NCBI GenBank assembly: GCA_973851085.1 | Contig: OZ316775.1 | Span: 17,050,001-17,114,000, forward strand | Direction of reading: 5' to 3' | Source of the DNA: Ptychomitrium polyphyllum | Taxonomy: Eukaryota | Length of the DNA stretch: 64,000 bases | In this document: in pieces, positions 14,001 to 26,800 of the stretch | Layout of the letters: every line of letters starts with the position of its first letter | Numbering within the stretch: the stretch's first letter is position 1 | The notes under the pieces: generated by a model | Database searches by the model: none | What the model was told of the DNA's origin: nothing | Seen by the model: the letters and a program-made list of their open reading frames with translations, nothing else | Program-made: the position numbers and the translations under genes

Positions 14001-14489
14001 CATTTCATGATAGATACTACTGAGACTAAGGTGTGCTTTTGCCAGCATTAGGTCTCGATTGACAATGCTTGCATCTTCATAACATAGCTTTGCAAGTGCC
14101 AATTGCTATTTCACAAGTACATGAAAACTTAGTTTAATTTTTCATGGTTAATGTTTGACCTGTATTCTAAGAACAAACATAGGACATAAAAATGCTTTTG
14201 AAATTAGGCACTTGACTACCTATTCAAACTACCAACACATTATCAATTACACCAATTTTGAATGATCTCAACTAATTCTTTGGTGAATTGATTATTTATT
14301 AGTGCCTTAAATGTTCAGAGCAAGAGCACTTGCTTGCATGCCCAGGTGGAGAGCCTTCTCCAAATCACCTTCCTCTTTGTACTTAGCCACCTCCATCTCT
14401 GCATTTTTCAGCCGCAAAGTGGGTTCCCTAAAGTATCCCATTGCATTCTCCAACTCTGTATCTGCAAAATTCTTTATATTTTCTCCCAT
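11004..14489 (-). CDS. Multi-exon tetratricopeptide-repeat protein, TTC23/TTC23L-like
   Basis: Reconstructed exons: 14489-14334, 14105-14001, 13773-13738, 13256-13160, 12978-12908, 12716-~12530 (3' junction unresolved), 12352-12299, 11946-11803, 11685-11458 and 11174-11004. Spliced peptides include LALAKLCYED..LAKAHLSLSSIYHEMGLGDQAYFHGQKA, LQRALVINYELHGPDH and IAQTLKYLGDVHIAL..AEKFYSRALHILKKQLGSTH. Upstream exons are possible. Confidence 0.75.
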
Positions 14490-15589
14490 GTTTCCTGCCT
14501 AATTTTTATGTGAAGTTCCTATTTTTGTTGTTATAATACATACACCATTAAATGAATCTTTCTACAAAATGGCACATGAATTTGTGAAACTAGGTTGAAA
14601 TACTTCTGGTGATCAACTTCATCTGAGTCCTTAGGCACCCATGTATGAGTTGTCATTTGATATCTCCTTGGTCATACTCTATAGACATGTGGCTTTTACA
14701 GTCTGATACTATGAAACAATCTGAAGATAATTTCAAAGTAAGCCTCATGGTTTATGAGCAAAAATGTTTGGTATGTCTATACAGTACATCCATGAATATG
14801 CATATACTAGAACCATGTGATCAGGAAAACACAATTTAATTCAAAATTCTACATTCTAAAGTGAGGCACCCATAAACATGGATGTTCAATGAAAATTTAA
14901 AATATAATGATGTCACTAGATTCAAATATTTAAAAATTATTTTATTGGGCATTGTAAACCATTGGTACATGTGGCATTAATGAATATTAGTAAAATGAAA
15001 ATGAAATAATAACTAAAATTGAAAATGCAACTTTGGCATAAAATATCATTTTTTGAGATATCATACATGATATTTCAACGATTTTGGACTTTTAAATAAG
15101 ATGATGTGTTGATAAATTACCTTATTAGTGGCATTGAAGTGCCGAACTTGCCTTTCATGTATATATGTACAATTTCCATTCAGTAAAATTGATAAATCAA
15201 ATTTTTGTAAATGTTCAAAATCTTGACAAAGTGTATATTTGAAAATAATTTATTCTAATGATAAGTAAAAAAACAAAATTTAAATAAGGAAAATAAAACC
15301 ATCAAGTTTTAATCCTATGATATCTTAACCTTTTTGAATGCATTTGAAATGTATTAAGACTTCTAAATACTACATGCTATAAAGTGAAAATTGAAATTAT
15401 TTCAAAATGAGCACAAAAACCTTGAAAGATTTTAAATTCCAAATATAATTACAATTTGAATTATCTTCATTTTAAACTGATTTTTTTTAACACTACTTTG
15501 CAAAAATAATAAAAATATAAGTATAAATATAAATTCCATTATAAAAATAATAAAAACATAATTATTAATAAATGGCATCTTGTGATAAT

Positions 15590-16570
15590 AAATGAAAAGA
15601 AAGTAATGAGAGTCATTTAAATGAAGACATGATTAAAGCTAATTGTTGTGGAAATTGCAATAAAGAGGCAAATTTTTAATGATATGTAGTAATATATCTA
15701 ATTGGATGTTAGACTCTGCATTTAAGGCACTTAATCAAGCTCTGATGAAAAACATGATAATATCCAAGTTGTAAAACATGATAATATCCAAGTTGTAAAA
15801 CATGATAATATCCAAGTTGTAAAACATGATAATATCCAAGTTGTTGGCAACGTGTGGAAGACATTGCAATCTTGCACAAAAATAAAAGGAGACATTTCTT
15901 TTAGCTATTTCTATTATGGAATGAAATAGAATTATCTTTCAAGTGGATGGAATTTTATTTGAGGACTTTATTTGAGGACTTTGTCAATCATGGATCATTG
16001 ATTTTTAGTCTTTGGATTTTATCAGATAGCTTGAGATTATTGCATGTGGAGATAAGTATGTATTGGTGATGATAGAGTATTTTAGCAAGTGGATTGAATT
16101 TGTGGCTTTGCCACAAAATTCTTTAAAATTGATAACTATGGTTTTTTTTTATTGTGTTTTAGCACGTTTTGTAGTATATACAATAATGTTGATAAATTGA
16201 AAGAAGGACTTTCTTGGATCCAATGAAGAATTATGCACTAAGGCCCTAGAAGATTATTTCACCACCTAAAAAAATTACTTTAAGGTTAATGGCTTAGCTG
16301 AGTGGATTGTTTAAAAAAACAAGTGTGGTTTTCAAAAGTATGAACTGTTTTGTGGAGGCCATTGTGATTGTGACCTAATATTACCATAAATTTCCATGGA
16401 ATATTTTTAAGTAGACAAGCATCATTAAAATCTTATAAACCCTACTATTTGTAGTAGGAAAAGGAGCCTAATTTTCTTAGCTTAGTAGGTGAGAAATTGG
16501 CTTTAGTTGTGCACTTAGATGACTTTGATGTTTAAACGTAATGTTTATATGATCAATTTAAGGTCTTCAA
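15590..16570 (+). mobile_element. Highly decayed Ty3/gypsy integrase remnant
   Basis: Residual motifs SLDF, VMIEYFSKWIEFVALPQNS, CVLARF, EELCTKAL and NGLAE, with frameshifts and stops. Confidence 0.7.
15749..15844. repeat. Perfect 24-bp tandem repeat x4
   Basis: AAAACATGATAATATCCAAGTTGT occurs four times with no mismatch. Confidence 0.95.
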
Positions 16571-16698
16571 GAAAAACATATTTATTACTTATCATTGTGA
16601 TAATTTGTATCAACTCATATTTGAAGTAGCGCTTATTGTCTTCAATTGCAAAAAAATTCTAGAAAAGACTATGTATACTAGCAACGTAAAGCACCTAT

Positions 16699-19600
16699 TG
16701 TTATAGATATAGATCATGCAATATAGTCTTTAGAACCTTCTAGAACTTTTTGGTATATTGTAATAGCTTCTTGAAATACTTTCAATGCTTCTATAGTTGT
16801 TCCATCTTTTTAGGAAGCTTCTTAGGAAAGTTTCATCTCCTTGGAAAATTTCCTAAAAACGTTCTACTTTCTTAGAAAATTTCCTATGAAGGTTCCACCA
16901 CTTTGAGATATTTCTAAAGAAGATTCCACCTTCTAAAGAAACTTCTTTGGAAAACTTCCTAAGGAAGTTCCACCATCTTGGAAAAGTTCCATTGACTTCT
17001 AGAACATTCTCAAAGCCTTGTAGGAAGCTTCTTTAGAAGTATCATAGGAGATGTAAGTCTCTTAGTCTAAATAGGAGGCAAGAGAAGATAAACCTTAGTC
17101 TTATTGACACAAGTTGTGGATCATATTGTATCTTACCTTGTTCTAGTATTTGTTTCAATTCTTGTTAATCATTAGCTCTTTGTAAGCTAATTCTTTGAAA
17201 CCACTTTGTCTTTACTTCTTGTTTTTTGTGACCCTAATAGTTTAACAAGACTACTTTTTATTTTTATCAGAGGTAAGGTTCTTTGAAGAAGATAGTAGAA
17301 TATTCATTTTCTTTGCAATTCTATAGCATCTTGGAGGTTGCGGATTAACCTCCTTTAAGCTTATACCATAAGTTGATTATATTTTTTTAAAAAAAAATGC
17401 TATTTCTTTTGAAAAATAATCAATCTTTTAAAGGACATGGTTTACCTTCTTTTGAAGCTATTTATAGTCTTATTTGTTTTGATGATCTTAAGTAATAAAT
17501 AATATGTCAAGAACATCAAAGATTTTTTTGCAATTATTACAGTCCTATAAGAATTATAAAACACAGTTCCAACAAAGCTTACTCGCTTCAACACAAATAA
17601 TAATTATTAGAGCAATACACTTATCAACATGAAGAATCCAATGGCAATGCTCAAAATATATATTAAGAAGTTTGTTTGATTGTGAGAGGCTAATATTGGA
17701 AGAAAAGTATTTTGTCAAAATCGTGCAAAGCCAAAGATTAGTATGCTACACAAGTTTAATTAATTAGGTACAAGATTAAGAGGCTTTATTCAACAAGTAA
17801 AGTTTTTTTTCAATTTTCATCAATCTTGCTATCCTGATGGCATTATTCAAGTGGAATGTATAGCATTAGTATGGTTTGCACAATTAATAGAGAAGAAGTC
17901 ACCATTATTGAGCAACTTAGATGTTTTTGTGAAAGCATTGATATTTACATTTGGAAACACCAACCTGTAAACTAAAATAAGCTCTTACTAATTTGAAAAC
18001 TTATTTTATTCACACATTCCTAATTTTATGTAATATTATGATTTGTATTGTAGTATAAGATTTTATATGCCTAATTTGTGTTGTAGGTTATATGAAGCAA
18101 AAATTGACCCCGACCTAATTTTAACCTTAGTCTTAATGAATGAACTTGGATAAACTTAGATTAAGGTTTTTATCATCCAAGGTTTAAAAGGTAGAAAATA
18201 AAGGTAGAAATAAAAGTAAAAGGTAAAAAGACATAATATTCACCTAGAGGCAAAATTTATAAAAAATAGAAGTAATTATAGTTAAATTTTATGGTAAAGT
18301 AAATGAGGAAGAGGTTCATTCAAGGAATAAGTCAATGCAATAAAAACAAAGGAAAAAAAGAAACAACCTGGGGGTACTCCAATCAAGGCAGCAGGCTCTC
18401 TTCCACAAAATAGGCCGTGGTTTCTTTGTCTTTAATTCAATTCTTGCGTGCTTGCAGTCCTTGAAAATTTAATTTAAGGGGCTAATAGCTACAAAAATTT
18501 CAGCTTCAAGCTTGCTGTAGTTTGCTCGGAACCGTCCTTCAAAGTTGGTCTTTTAAATTGAGAGGAGGGTAGCAGACCCTTCGCTACCAAATTGGCTGCC
18601 ATTTCTTCCATACTTCTTCAAATTGAGCATTCTTTGGCTTGTTGAAAAGCCTATAATCTCTTCTATAATCTTTTAAATTATAGGTTCTACACTTGCACAA
18701 TGAAAGACTGGCGGCCCAAATTGTGCACCCTATTTGCGGCAGTAATTCCAAAGCACCCTCCACTAAATTGCTTATTTTTTCCTTGTTATAGCTCGAATTT
18801 AAGCATGCTTTGGCTTGTTGAAAATCTTATAACCTCTTCTTTCAATCCTATAAACTTCAGTTCCTACACTTGCACAATGACGGACTAATGGCCCAAAATC
18901 TGAACCTTAGTTGTTGCTCTTCATGCTCCAATACTAACTTCTATTGCTCATTACTAACTTCTATTTGCTAAAAACTAATTGTGTCAAACTAATGGTCTAA
19001 CTACTCCAAAATCTAACCTTAAGTTTAACTATTTTTTGCTCAAAAAGACTAAGTGGTGTACTCTGAACTAACTCTTATTTGCTAAAAAAACCTAAATATC
19101 TCTTTGCTTGCCTTCTCCTCCTTTTTATAGGGAACCCTACTTCTTTACTCCATTCTCATTGGTTGCTGAAATTTCTAGGCCATTTGATCATAATTCATAC
19201 TTTGACTTTTTCCTAAATATAATTGCTGCTTTAAATTTAGCTATTATTTTTAAATTTAGTTGCAATTTAAAATCAATAATAATTATAGATTTTCACTATT
19301 ATTTTAAATTTAGTTTCAATTCTAAAACCAACAGCATTTCTAGATTTTTACAATTGTTCTAAATTTAGCTGCAATTCTAGATTTTTATCAATTAAGCAAT
19401 AGTATATGACAATGGACTATTTGAGAGGTGCTAAGAACAACGCTTGGAATGGAAAATGATACATTAAAGGTATGGCAACCACTTCTTCAAAAGTATTGGA
19501 AAGCTAAGCACAAAGACCATATTCCATGCAAATTGAATATACCCAATTTAAACGTTTGACTCTAGAAGAAAGTTAAAGGCGTCAAAGAAGAAACCTATGT

Positions 19601-19963
19601 TTAAATTGTAGCATGTGTGGACAAAAAGTGTACAATTGCCAAATTAAACAATCTGCTTTTAAGGCTTAAGGCACAGTGGTGGAGTTGGAATAGAAGGCTG
19701 TTCAATCACAATAGGGACCATGTGACTAGATACCATACATAAAAAACCATCAAACTGAGGTTCTTACTACCTTCAATTCCTACTTCTTACTTTATATTTT
19801 CTATCAAAATGAAATTGTTAGATGAAAAAATAGTTAATGAAGCTCTTTTAAACATTGGTACAATGACATGCTTCATGAACAAAGACTTTGCAATCAAATA
19901 CTACATAATGCTTGTCAACAAAAAACATCCCACATCTGTTGAAATTATTGATGGACAATCTCT
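16699..19963 (+). mobile_element. Decayed family A gypsy (5' LTR 16699-17239, gag, protease), interrupted at ~17966-19390 and truncated at 19963
   Basis: The LTR is homologous to 1-346. Gag remnants (RLRGFIQQVK..., DNGLFER..., PFHAN) and protease (EALLNIG..., VEIIDGQSL) are collinear with the element at 347-2754. Confidence 0.8.
17966..19390. repeat. Non-coding TE-derived segment homologous to ~46230-47200
   Basis: Shared blocks such as TTGGCTTGTTGAAAA, CTACACTTGCACAATG, TACTAACTTCTATTGCTCATTACTAACTTCTATTTGCTAAAAACTAA and TAAATTTAGCT sub-repeats. Confidence 0.75.
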
Positions 19964-21030
19964 TGTGTGAGCCAAAAAATCACCTCAATTGGTCAATTTT
20001 CATCAATTGTTAAGTATTAGTATTAATCGCTAGGAAATAGACTTATATTATTACTAGTTAGAGTCACTCTACTGACTAAGAAAGTTTAAAGGTGATTATA
20101 CTAGTTAGATCTATAGAAAATATAAAAAAACCATGGAAGTTGCCATTCATGGTAGGGTAGTGAATTAGTGGTTAGTCTTAATTAGTATTTTAGAATGACT
20201 AATCACTAGGAGTTACAATTAGATTAGCAAGTTGAACAAGGAAGTCCTAGAGGAATTTCCTCCAACTAAAAGAACTGAAGAATACTTGCTATAATCAAAT
20301 GCAAACAAAGTGCAAAAAAAAAAAAAAAAAACATTGCAAGTAGTTAGAACCAAGTGAATGCTAGGCTATTTAAAATCAGTAACAAGTTAGTATTTAGTTA
20401 GTGGAAACTTAGATGAGTTAGTTTTAGTCATTTGTAGGTAGGTTGGAACATAAGTTAAGTTAGTATGACCATCCAAGTTAGTGCAAGGAGTTAGAAGTGG
20501 TTTTGGTTGGTTAAGATCCCACTTTGTTATTGAGATAAGGCGATTTAGTCTAAAATAAGGTGCTAGAGTTCAAAATTAGAGCACAATGCTAAAATATAGC
20601 AAGGTGGCCAAGAGAAGGAAGAGGGAGAGAGAGAAGTAGAAGAAGATAGTAAAGGTATGGAAAGAGAATGCCAAAACTTTGATGAGAGGTCGCAAACAAA
20701 TGACAGTAGTTATGATAGTGGATTTTTGTAAAAAGAAGCTAGAAGAAGTAGAAATTTCAACAAGTTAAAATTCGTCCAATTCCAATAAAGGACAAGTCAG
20801 TGGCAGCGTTTTGAAGGGAAAGAGGTTAGCTGCCATTGTAGCTCAAGATACTCAACTTTGGAGGAGCGGATCATTACATATACAACTCCAAATAGAACAA
20901 GAATTGTTGAAGAGTGTAGCTCAAATTGTGCAAACTTTATTCACACAAAAATTACAAGATTTGGAGCTATAAAGCGTTGCTTGCTGTGGATTTGGTGTGA
21001 CAAGGTTTACAGCCACGATTTCATTGCATT
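19964..21030 (+). mobile_element. Truncated long LTR (family C)
   Basis: Starts TGTGTGAGCC inside the protease codons and is collinear with 32119-33190 and with the reverse complement of 48490-49555. Confidence 0.8.
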
Positions 21031-21039
21031 TACTTATGT

Positions 21040-23800
21040 TAATGTCAGAGTAATAAAAAGACAAGGCTTCAAGATTTTAGGATGTCAAACAAAATAAGTC
21101 CAAATATGTTAGAGTTATGGAGCTAAAATAAGGTATAGAAGATAAGGCTAATAAGTCCAAATTAGACCACAAGAAATGCATTGTTGAGACCGAAGAGCTT
21201 TTCAGCCTCAATTCCTTTATATACTAGAAGTACAAGCCTTGGAAGCTTCTTGAGAGGCTTCACATACATTGCTTTGTACTCAAGTAACCTTGAGTTGCTT
21301 CCTTAGACATTTCCTAGGCAAAGGCAACTTCCTTGGAAGCTTCTTAAATTTAAAAGAACTTCTTTGGACGTTTTTCAATTCTTCTAAGAACTTTTTTAGA
21401 TGCTTCTAATATGTATGTCCGTGACATCACCTCCTCTTTTAGCTTTAAGGTCTCTAAGAAGGAACAAATGCTCAGAGTCGTAAAAAGTCAAAAATTTGTT
21501 GCATGGTATCTGCAACATACTTCAATTGCCTTTCTCGATTCAAATGGTTCATGGATCTTTGTAATCACTGATAGTGTCTAATGCCTTCTACTTGAGATCA
21601 AACATGAACTTTTATATCTTTGTTGTCAAAGTGTCTTTCAAAAATAACTTCTAAATAATCTTCATAAGCCAGCTCCATTTCAAAGACAATCACCAACAAT
21701 CTATTGCTGGATATCTTTTTACGTCTTTTTGGTCCAATTCTTCTTCATCACAAGTTTGTCGATAAGAGCCGCTTAGTTGGATTAATACCAATGGCATGGT
21801 ATCTGCATCTTAACTATCCATATCTAATATATCGAGCTAATTTTAAGAAAATTTGACAAACTTTGAAATATGAACGATTAATTTTTTAATCATGTGTGGG
21901 GCTTTAAAAACCTATATTCTAGAAATTTCTTTATCTTCTATTCAAAAGCCTAAGCATTAAAAACCTTCAAGGTTATGCAGCCTTATCAAACTACTCTTTC
22001 ATCTGCTGCTACTTTTGGTTTGGATGGATGTTGTTGATGGAATTCACGAGCTTTTACTAGTGAATTGGTAAAGTTGTTAGATGACTCCCATGTATGTTCA
22101 TTGATATTATATCCGCGCCAATGTACCAAGTAATCTAGCTTTTCACGTCTTATCCGTGAGTCAAGCACTTCTTCTACTTCAAATTCATATTGATCATTGA
22201 TTTTGACCACAGGTAGTGGCAGCTGCCTTTATCCAAGGATACTTGATTCTTTATAAGTTTCCAAAAGTGAAACGTGGAAGATGGAATGTACCTTCATTGA
22301 TGTTGGTAGTTCCAAATGATATGCCACGTGGTTGACTTGTTTTTTATTGCAAATGGTCCCAATCTGCAACACTCCAATTTTTCACATAACCTATTGATCC
22401 TTTTATTGCGTCAAAGGAGCCACACTGTTCACCAACTTGGAATGAAGGTTGTTCCTTCTTTGTTGCATCTATTGCTGTTTTGGATCGTTTTTGAGCTTCT
22501 TCTAGTTGAATCTTCATGGTTGTTTGAAGTTCTGCCATTTTTTTGGTAAATTCCTTTGTTGCTAGATTTTCAGATTGTGGAGGCTCTAACATATCTATTT
22601 TTGGATGATGTCCATATTTGAAGTAGAATGGCATTTGTTGGATGGAAGCGTGAATGGTATTGTTGTAGGCAAACTTAGCTAATATCAAGTAGGAAGTTCA
22701 ATCATTTTGTTGGTAGTTGATGGTACACTTCATATATTTCTCCAAGATTTGGTTGACTTGCTTTGTTTGGCCATTGGTTTAAAAATAAAAATCACAAGAA
22801 AGTTTGATGTCTACCTTAAAAATTTCAAAGAGCGACTTCCAAAATCTTAATACAAACTGTGTTCTACAATCCAATATAATATTGTCGAATAATCCATGGT
22901 AGTGGTAGACATTATCCATAAAGAGTGTGGCAGTCTCATCACCTATAATTGTCTTCTTGTAAGGTAAAAAATATGCCATCTTAATCAATTGGTTTACCAC
23001 AACGAAGATGGTATCAAAAGAATTTGATGGTAGAAGATTTGTAATGAAATCCATTGAAATAGACAACTATGGTTTCTTTGGAATAAGTAGTGGTTGGAAA
23101 AGTCCATATGGATGATGTTGGGGGTTTTTTGACCTAGAGCAAGTATCACATGAAAGTACCAACTCCTTAACGGCCTTTGATATTTGAGGCCACTAAAAGT
23201 CTTGAGAGAGGACTATCACGGTTTTATTGAATTCAAAATATCCAGCTGCAGGAAAGTTATAACATGTTTGAAGTATAGAAAGGCAAATTGGTCATTTAGG
23301 AATATATAGATATTTTTCAAAGTAAAAAAGGTTGTCTTCTAATTCAAACTTAGACACATCTTTAGGGAGGTTATTGAAGCAACGCTAGATATTAAGAATA
23401 AGAAGGTCTTTGGTAGATGCCACAAGCACTTAGTTAAAAAATGATGAATCCATTGGAGATGAAATGGTGGTTGTGCGTATACAAAACCGTTTGGATTTCA
23501 ACAAAGTTGTTTGTTGTTGATTGTGTGCTGCCTCTCCCTCCTTTGGCGCAAGGTATGATCGCTTTGACAAAGCATCTAATAATCCATGCTATTTTTCGGG
23601 TCGATATGTGATGCAATAATCAAATCGAGATAGATACACACTCCAACAAGCTTGGCGGCCTAAGTTTTGAATTGCCGCATGTGACCTATACATACAATCA
23701 CTGGATGCACGACATCCTCAAGCAAGAGACGCCATTTATGGAAAGAATCTACAATTACAAGGAGTTCCTTGTTGTGGATGTTATTGTTGATCTCTGAAGT
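21040..23800 (-). mobile_element. 3' half of a decayed chromovirus (family B): RNase H, integrase, chromodomain, PPT and 3' LTR
   Basis: RNase H remnant at ~23560-23800, integrase SISMDFITNL..., FAYNNTIHASIQQMPF, and chromodomain EFEVEEVLDSRIRREKLDYLVHWRGY (21986-22210). PPT AAAAGAGGAGGTGA precedes the LTR start TGTCACGG at 21426. Confidence 0.9.
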
Positions 23801-26800
23801 TGTTGCAACCCATATAATGCACCTTAGCAAGCGTCACGTACGTCAACCCCGTACACCCCTACATGCACAAGGTTAACCCCCATTTTCACTTTCCAAATCC
23901 CTCTACCATTTTTCTTAGGACATCCAATTGATTGGTAACCAATAATTAGGTACAAACTTCCATTCATGTTTAAAGCCTCACTTGGTGTTACTTCCATTTC
24001 ACGTGGCCTAACTGCACTTAGTGGTGTCTCTTCACCACCACTCATGATCCCCATGCTATCCTAAGATCACCCCGGGCTATCATGGTGCTGACGTGAAGAC
24101 ACCACCTCAACTTAGTGGTAACAAGCGTACCCTTTTAAATGTGCTAGTTCCCTCCGTGAAACCGGTCATCCACCGGCTCACAATGGTGTGGGAGTCCCCG
24201 TGGTGAAGCCCCAACACTAGTTCCACCAACCGGGACTCACCCTTGGTTTGTATCGCGACACTAGAGGAGTGGGGAAGGAGACCAATTCTCCCCTATACTA
24301 CTCTCTATGGAATTCGGCAGGCCCCCTAGCCCTTTGTAGTTGGCTGAACCCCGACACACCCAAAGTTTTGGAAGACCATCCGATCTCCCTTGGAACTTAG
24401 CCGCTGGAAGCCTCCGGAACTCCCTGCGGACCTTTAGGGAGCCATATCTTCCTCATCCGGTGCTTGGATGTATCAAAAAACCACTCTATCGTCATCTACT
24501 CTTTGCGTAGATGTCGATAGACTCCTCAAACGTCCAATTTGAGATAGTATTGTGGAAGATACGCCTCTCCCAAGGTTCGAGACTCCCGGGGAGTCCCTCA
24601 CTGGACTGTCCTAGTCCAGTACAGTCACTGTGTAGGGCTGCCACAGTCAAGAACAGCCCTTTGGCAACTTCAACTTTGGGATGCCATAACTTTTAGCTCC
24701 CATATCCGATTTGGGCAATCTTTAGCATTCTAGAATTAGCTCTTTGTGATTCCTCCAATGCCCACGATTTATCCCTTGTGGCCCTCGGTTTACATGGACA
24801 AGGATGTTTCTCCCCCTAGGGGAGCTTCCTACGCTAGGCCCATTCGGTTCCCCTCACTATTGGCGCTACAAGTTTCGGACGTCACCTTGAGGTCCCCCTT
24901 GTGCCTTCAATGTTTTGGGCACTCTTGAAAGAAAGGTGCGCGACACTCACCTCCACCTTGATGGAGTCGATGCCTTCATTGACTATACTTATAGTTGGCA
25001 CACCAATTCCAAGGTTGCCATCCTCTAGTGGTGCAGCATTGTGTTTCATCCAAGGTGCGACCTCCACAATGCACTCATAAATCTTTGGCAAAGTCTCAAA
25101 GGTGTCATTTAGGAGGTGGTCTATTTAAGCACCCTAGACAGAATTCTTGGGGCCCTAAACTACTCTAGACCTACCTACTTTGAGACTCTCTTGGGATAAA
25201 CTTTCCAATTAGGCTACACTTCCCTAACTCTACCTTCCTGACTAGGATGGACCTCGATGCTCCACCAAGTTGTCTTGGTTGCAAACCGAAGGTGGCTTTT
25301 ATTCCACGACTTGATCGCACGGGGGTAATGCCAAGTTCTGCCCAACCTAGATCCCACTATCTCTATTGAGACATGGGTTCATGACTCCCATGCACTAATT
25401 TTTGTTAGTTTGTAGGAAAAGCGCTTTTATGAGCACGCGCCATTACCTTGTCCTTGCTCGGACAAGCTTGAGGCGAAGAAGTTTCATGGTTCTGACCATT
25501 CCTCCTCCAAGCCTTGGTCCCCATTACTCGGCCTTTCAAACTTGGTTTCACATGTCTATTCCCCTTCTTCTACCAACTTAGCACAAATACAAGACTAGGA
25601 CGTCATCTTATACTCTTTTCTTTGCACACACAAAAGTTGAACTTTATTGCCATAAGTCAAAAAACCAATGCATGATGTGAAGAAGTTACTGCTACAAGTC
25701 TCTCTTTCCCTACTAAAAGAAATTGATGTCCTCATCAATGCCGACGTTGTCTTTTGTTGGAGTTCCTATCCCTTTCAAAGCGTTCCACCACTTCATTGGC
25801 ATTTCCCAAGTCCTTGGCTGCTACCCAAGTTGCTTCCTTTTCATGGTACCTTCTCCACTTCACCAAATACTCTTTTCCTACTTTCTTGTGGTGCCTACAC
25901 TTGAGAATTTCTTCTGCTTTGTATTCCAAGTGGTCGCCCACCAATTCCGGCGGTGGCCAAATCACTTGTTTGCGATTGGACCACAAGGTATCTTTTTTGA
26001 ATGGCTTAAGGAGTGAGATATGAAATGTTGGGTGCACTTTGATTTTGGGTGGTAGCTCCAACTTCTACACATCTTTAAACATCCACTCCACAATGGAAAA
26101 CAGCCCCGCAAACTTGGAGATGAACTTTGGAGTGAGGCCTTCAGGCAAGCTAAAGTTCTTTACATTAAACAATACCTTTTGGCCTACTTCATATTCCACT
26201 CCACGTCTTCTGGCATTGACTTGTTTTTTGTACCGCTTTTGTGTCTTTTCCAACAAAAGCTTGGTCTTCTCCAACATTTGTTCTTGCTTTTTGGCCAAGT
26301 CCTCACCATCTTGGTTAAACTCTAGTGTTGAATGTGCCCCTTCGAGAGCTAAGTTGGCAGGCTGGAGTGGCTCCACTCCATAAGCCACCTTAAATGGCGA
26401 CTGCTTTGTCGCCGAATGGTTGGCCGCATTGTAATTGAACTCCGCTAGGCTCACATAATCCATCCAATTGCACTGGTCCGCACTCACAAAGTTCCTCAAG
26501 TATTGGTTCAAGGCTCCGTTCATTTGTTCTGTTTGCCCATCCGTTTGAAGATGGAAGGCAGTGCTAAACGTCAATTTGGTTCTAACTTTTCTAAAGAAAT
26601 GTTTCCAAAAAGCACTAGTGAATTTTGGATCTTGGTCCAACACAATCACTCTCGGCAACCCATGATGTTTCCACCATGCATCGAGGAATAGCTTTGCGGT
26701 CTCATGTGCAGTTACGGTTCCTCTAGTTGGTACCATGTGCGCCAACTTGCTAAAGCAATCTACCATCACAAAGATGGCATCATGCCCTTGCAATTCCGGA

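Noticed and set aside
15749..15844. CRISPR-like repeat
   Set aside because: The units are directly adjacent with no spacers, there are no cas genes, and the context is eukaryotic.
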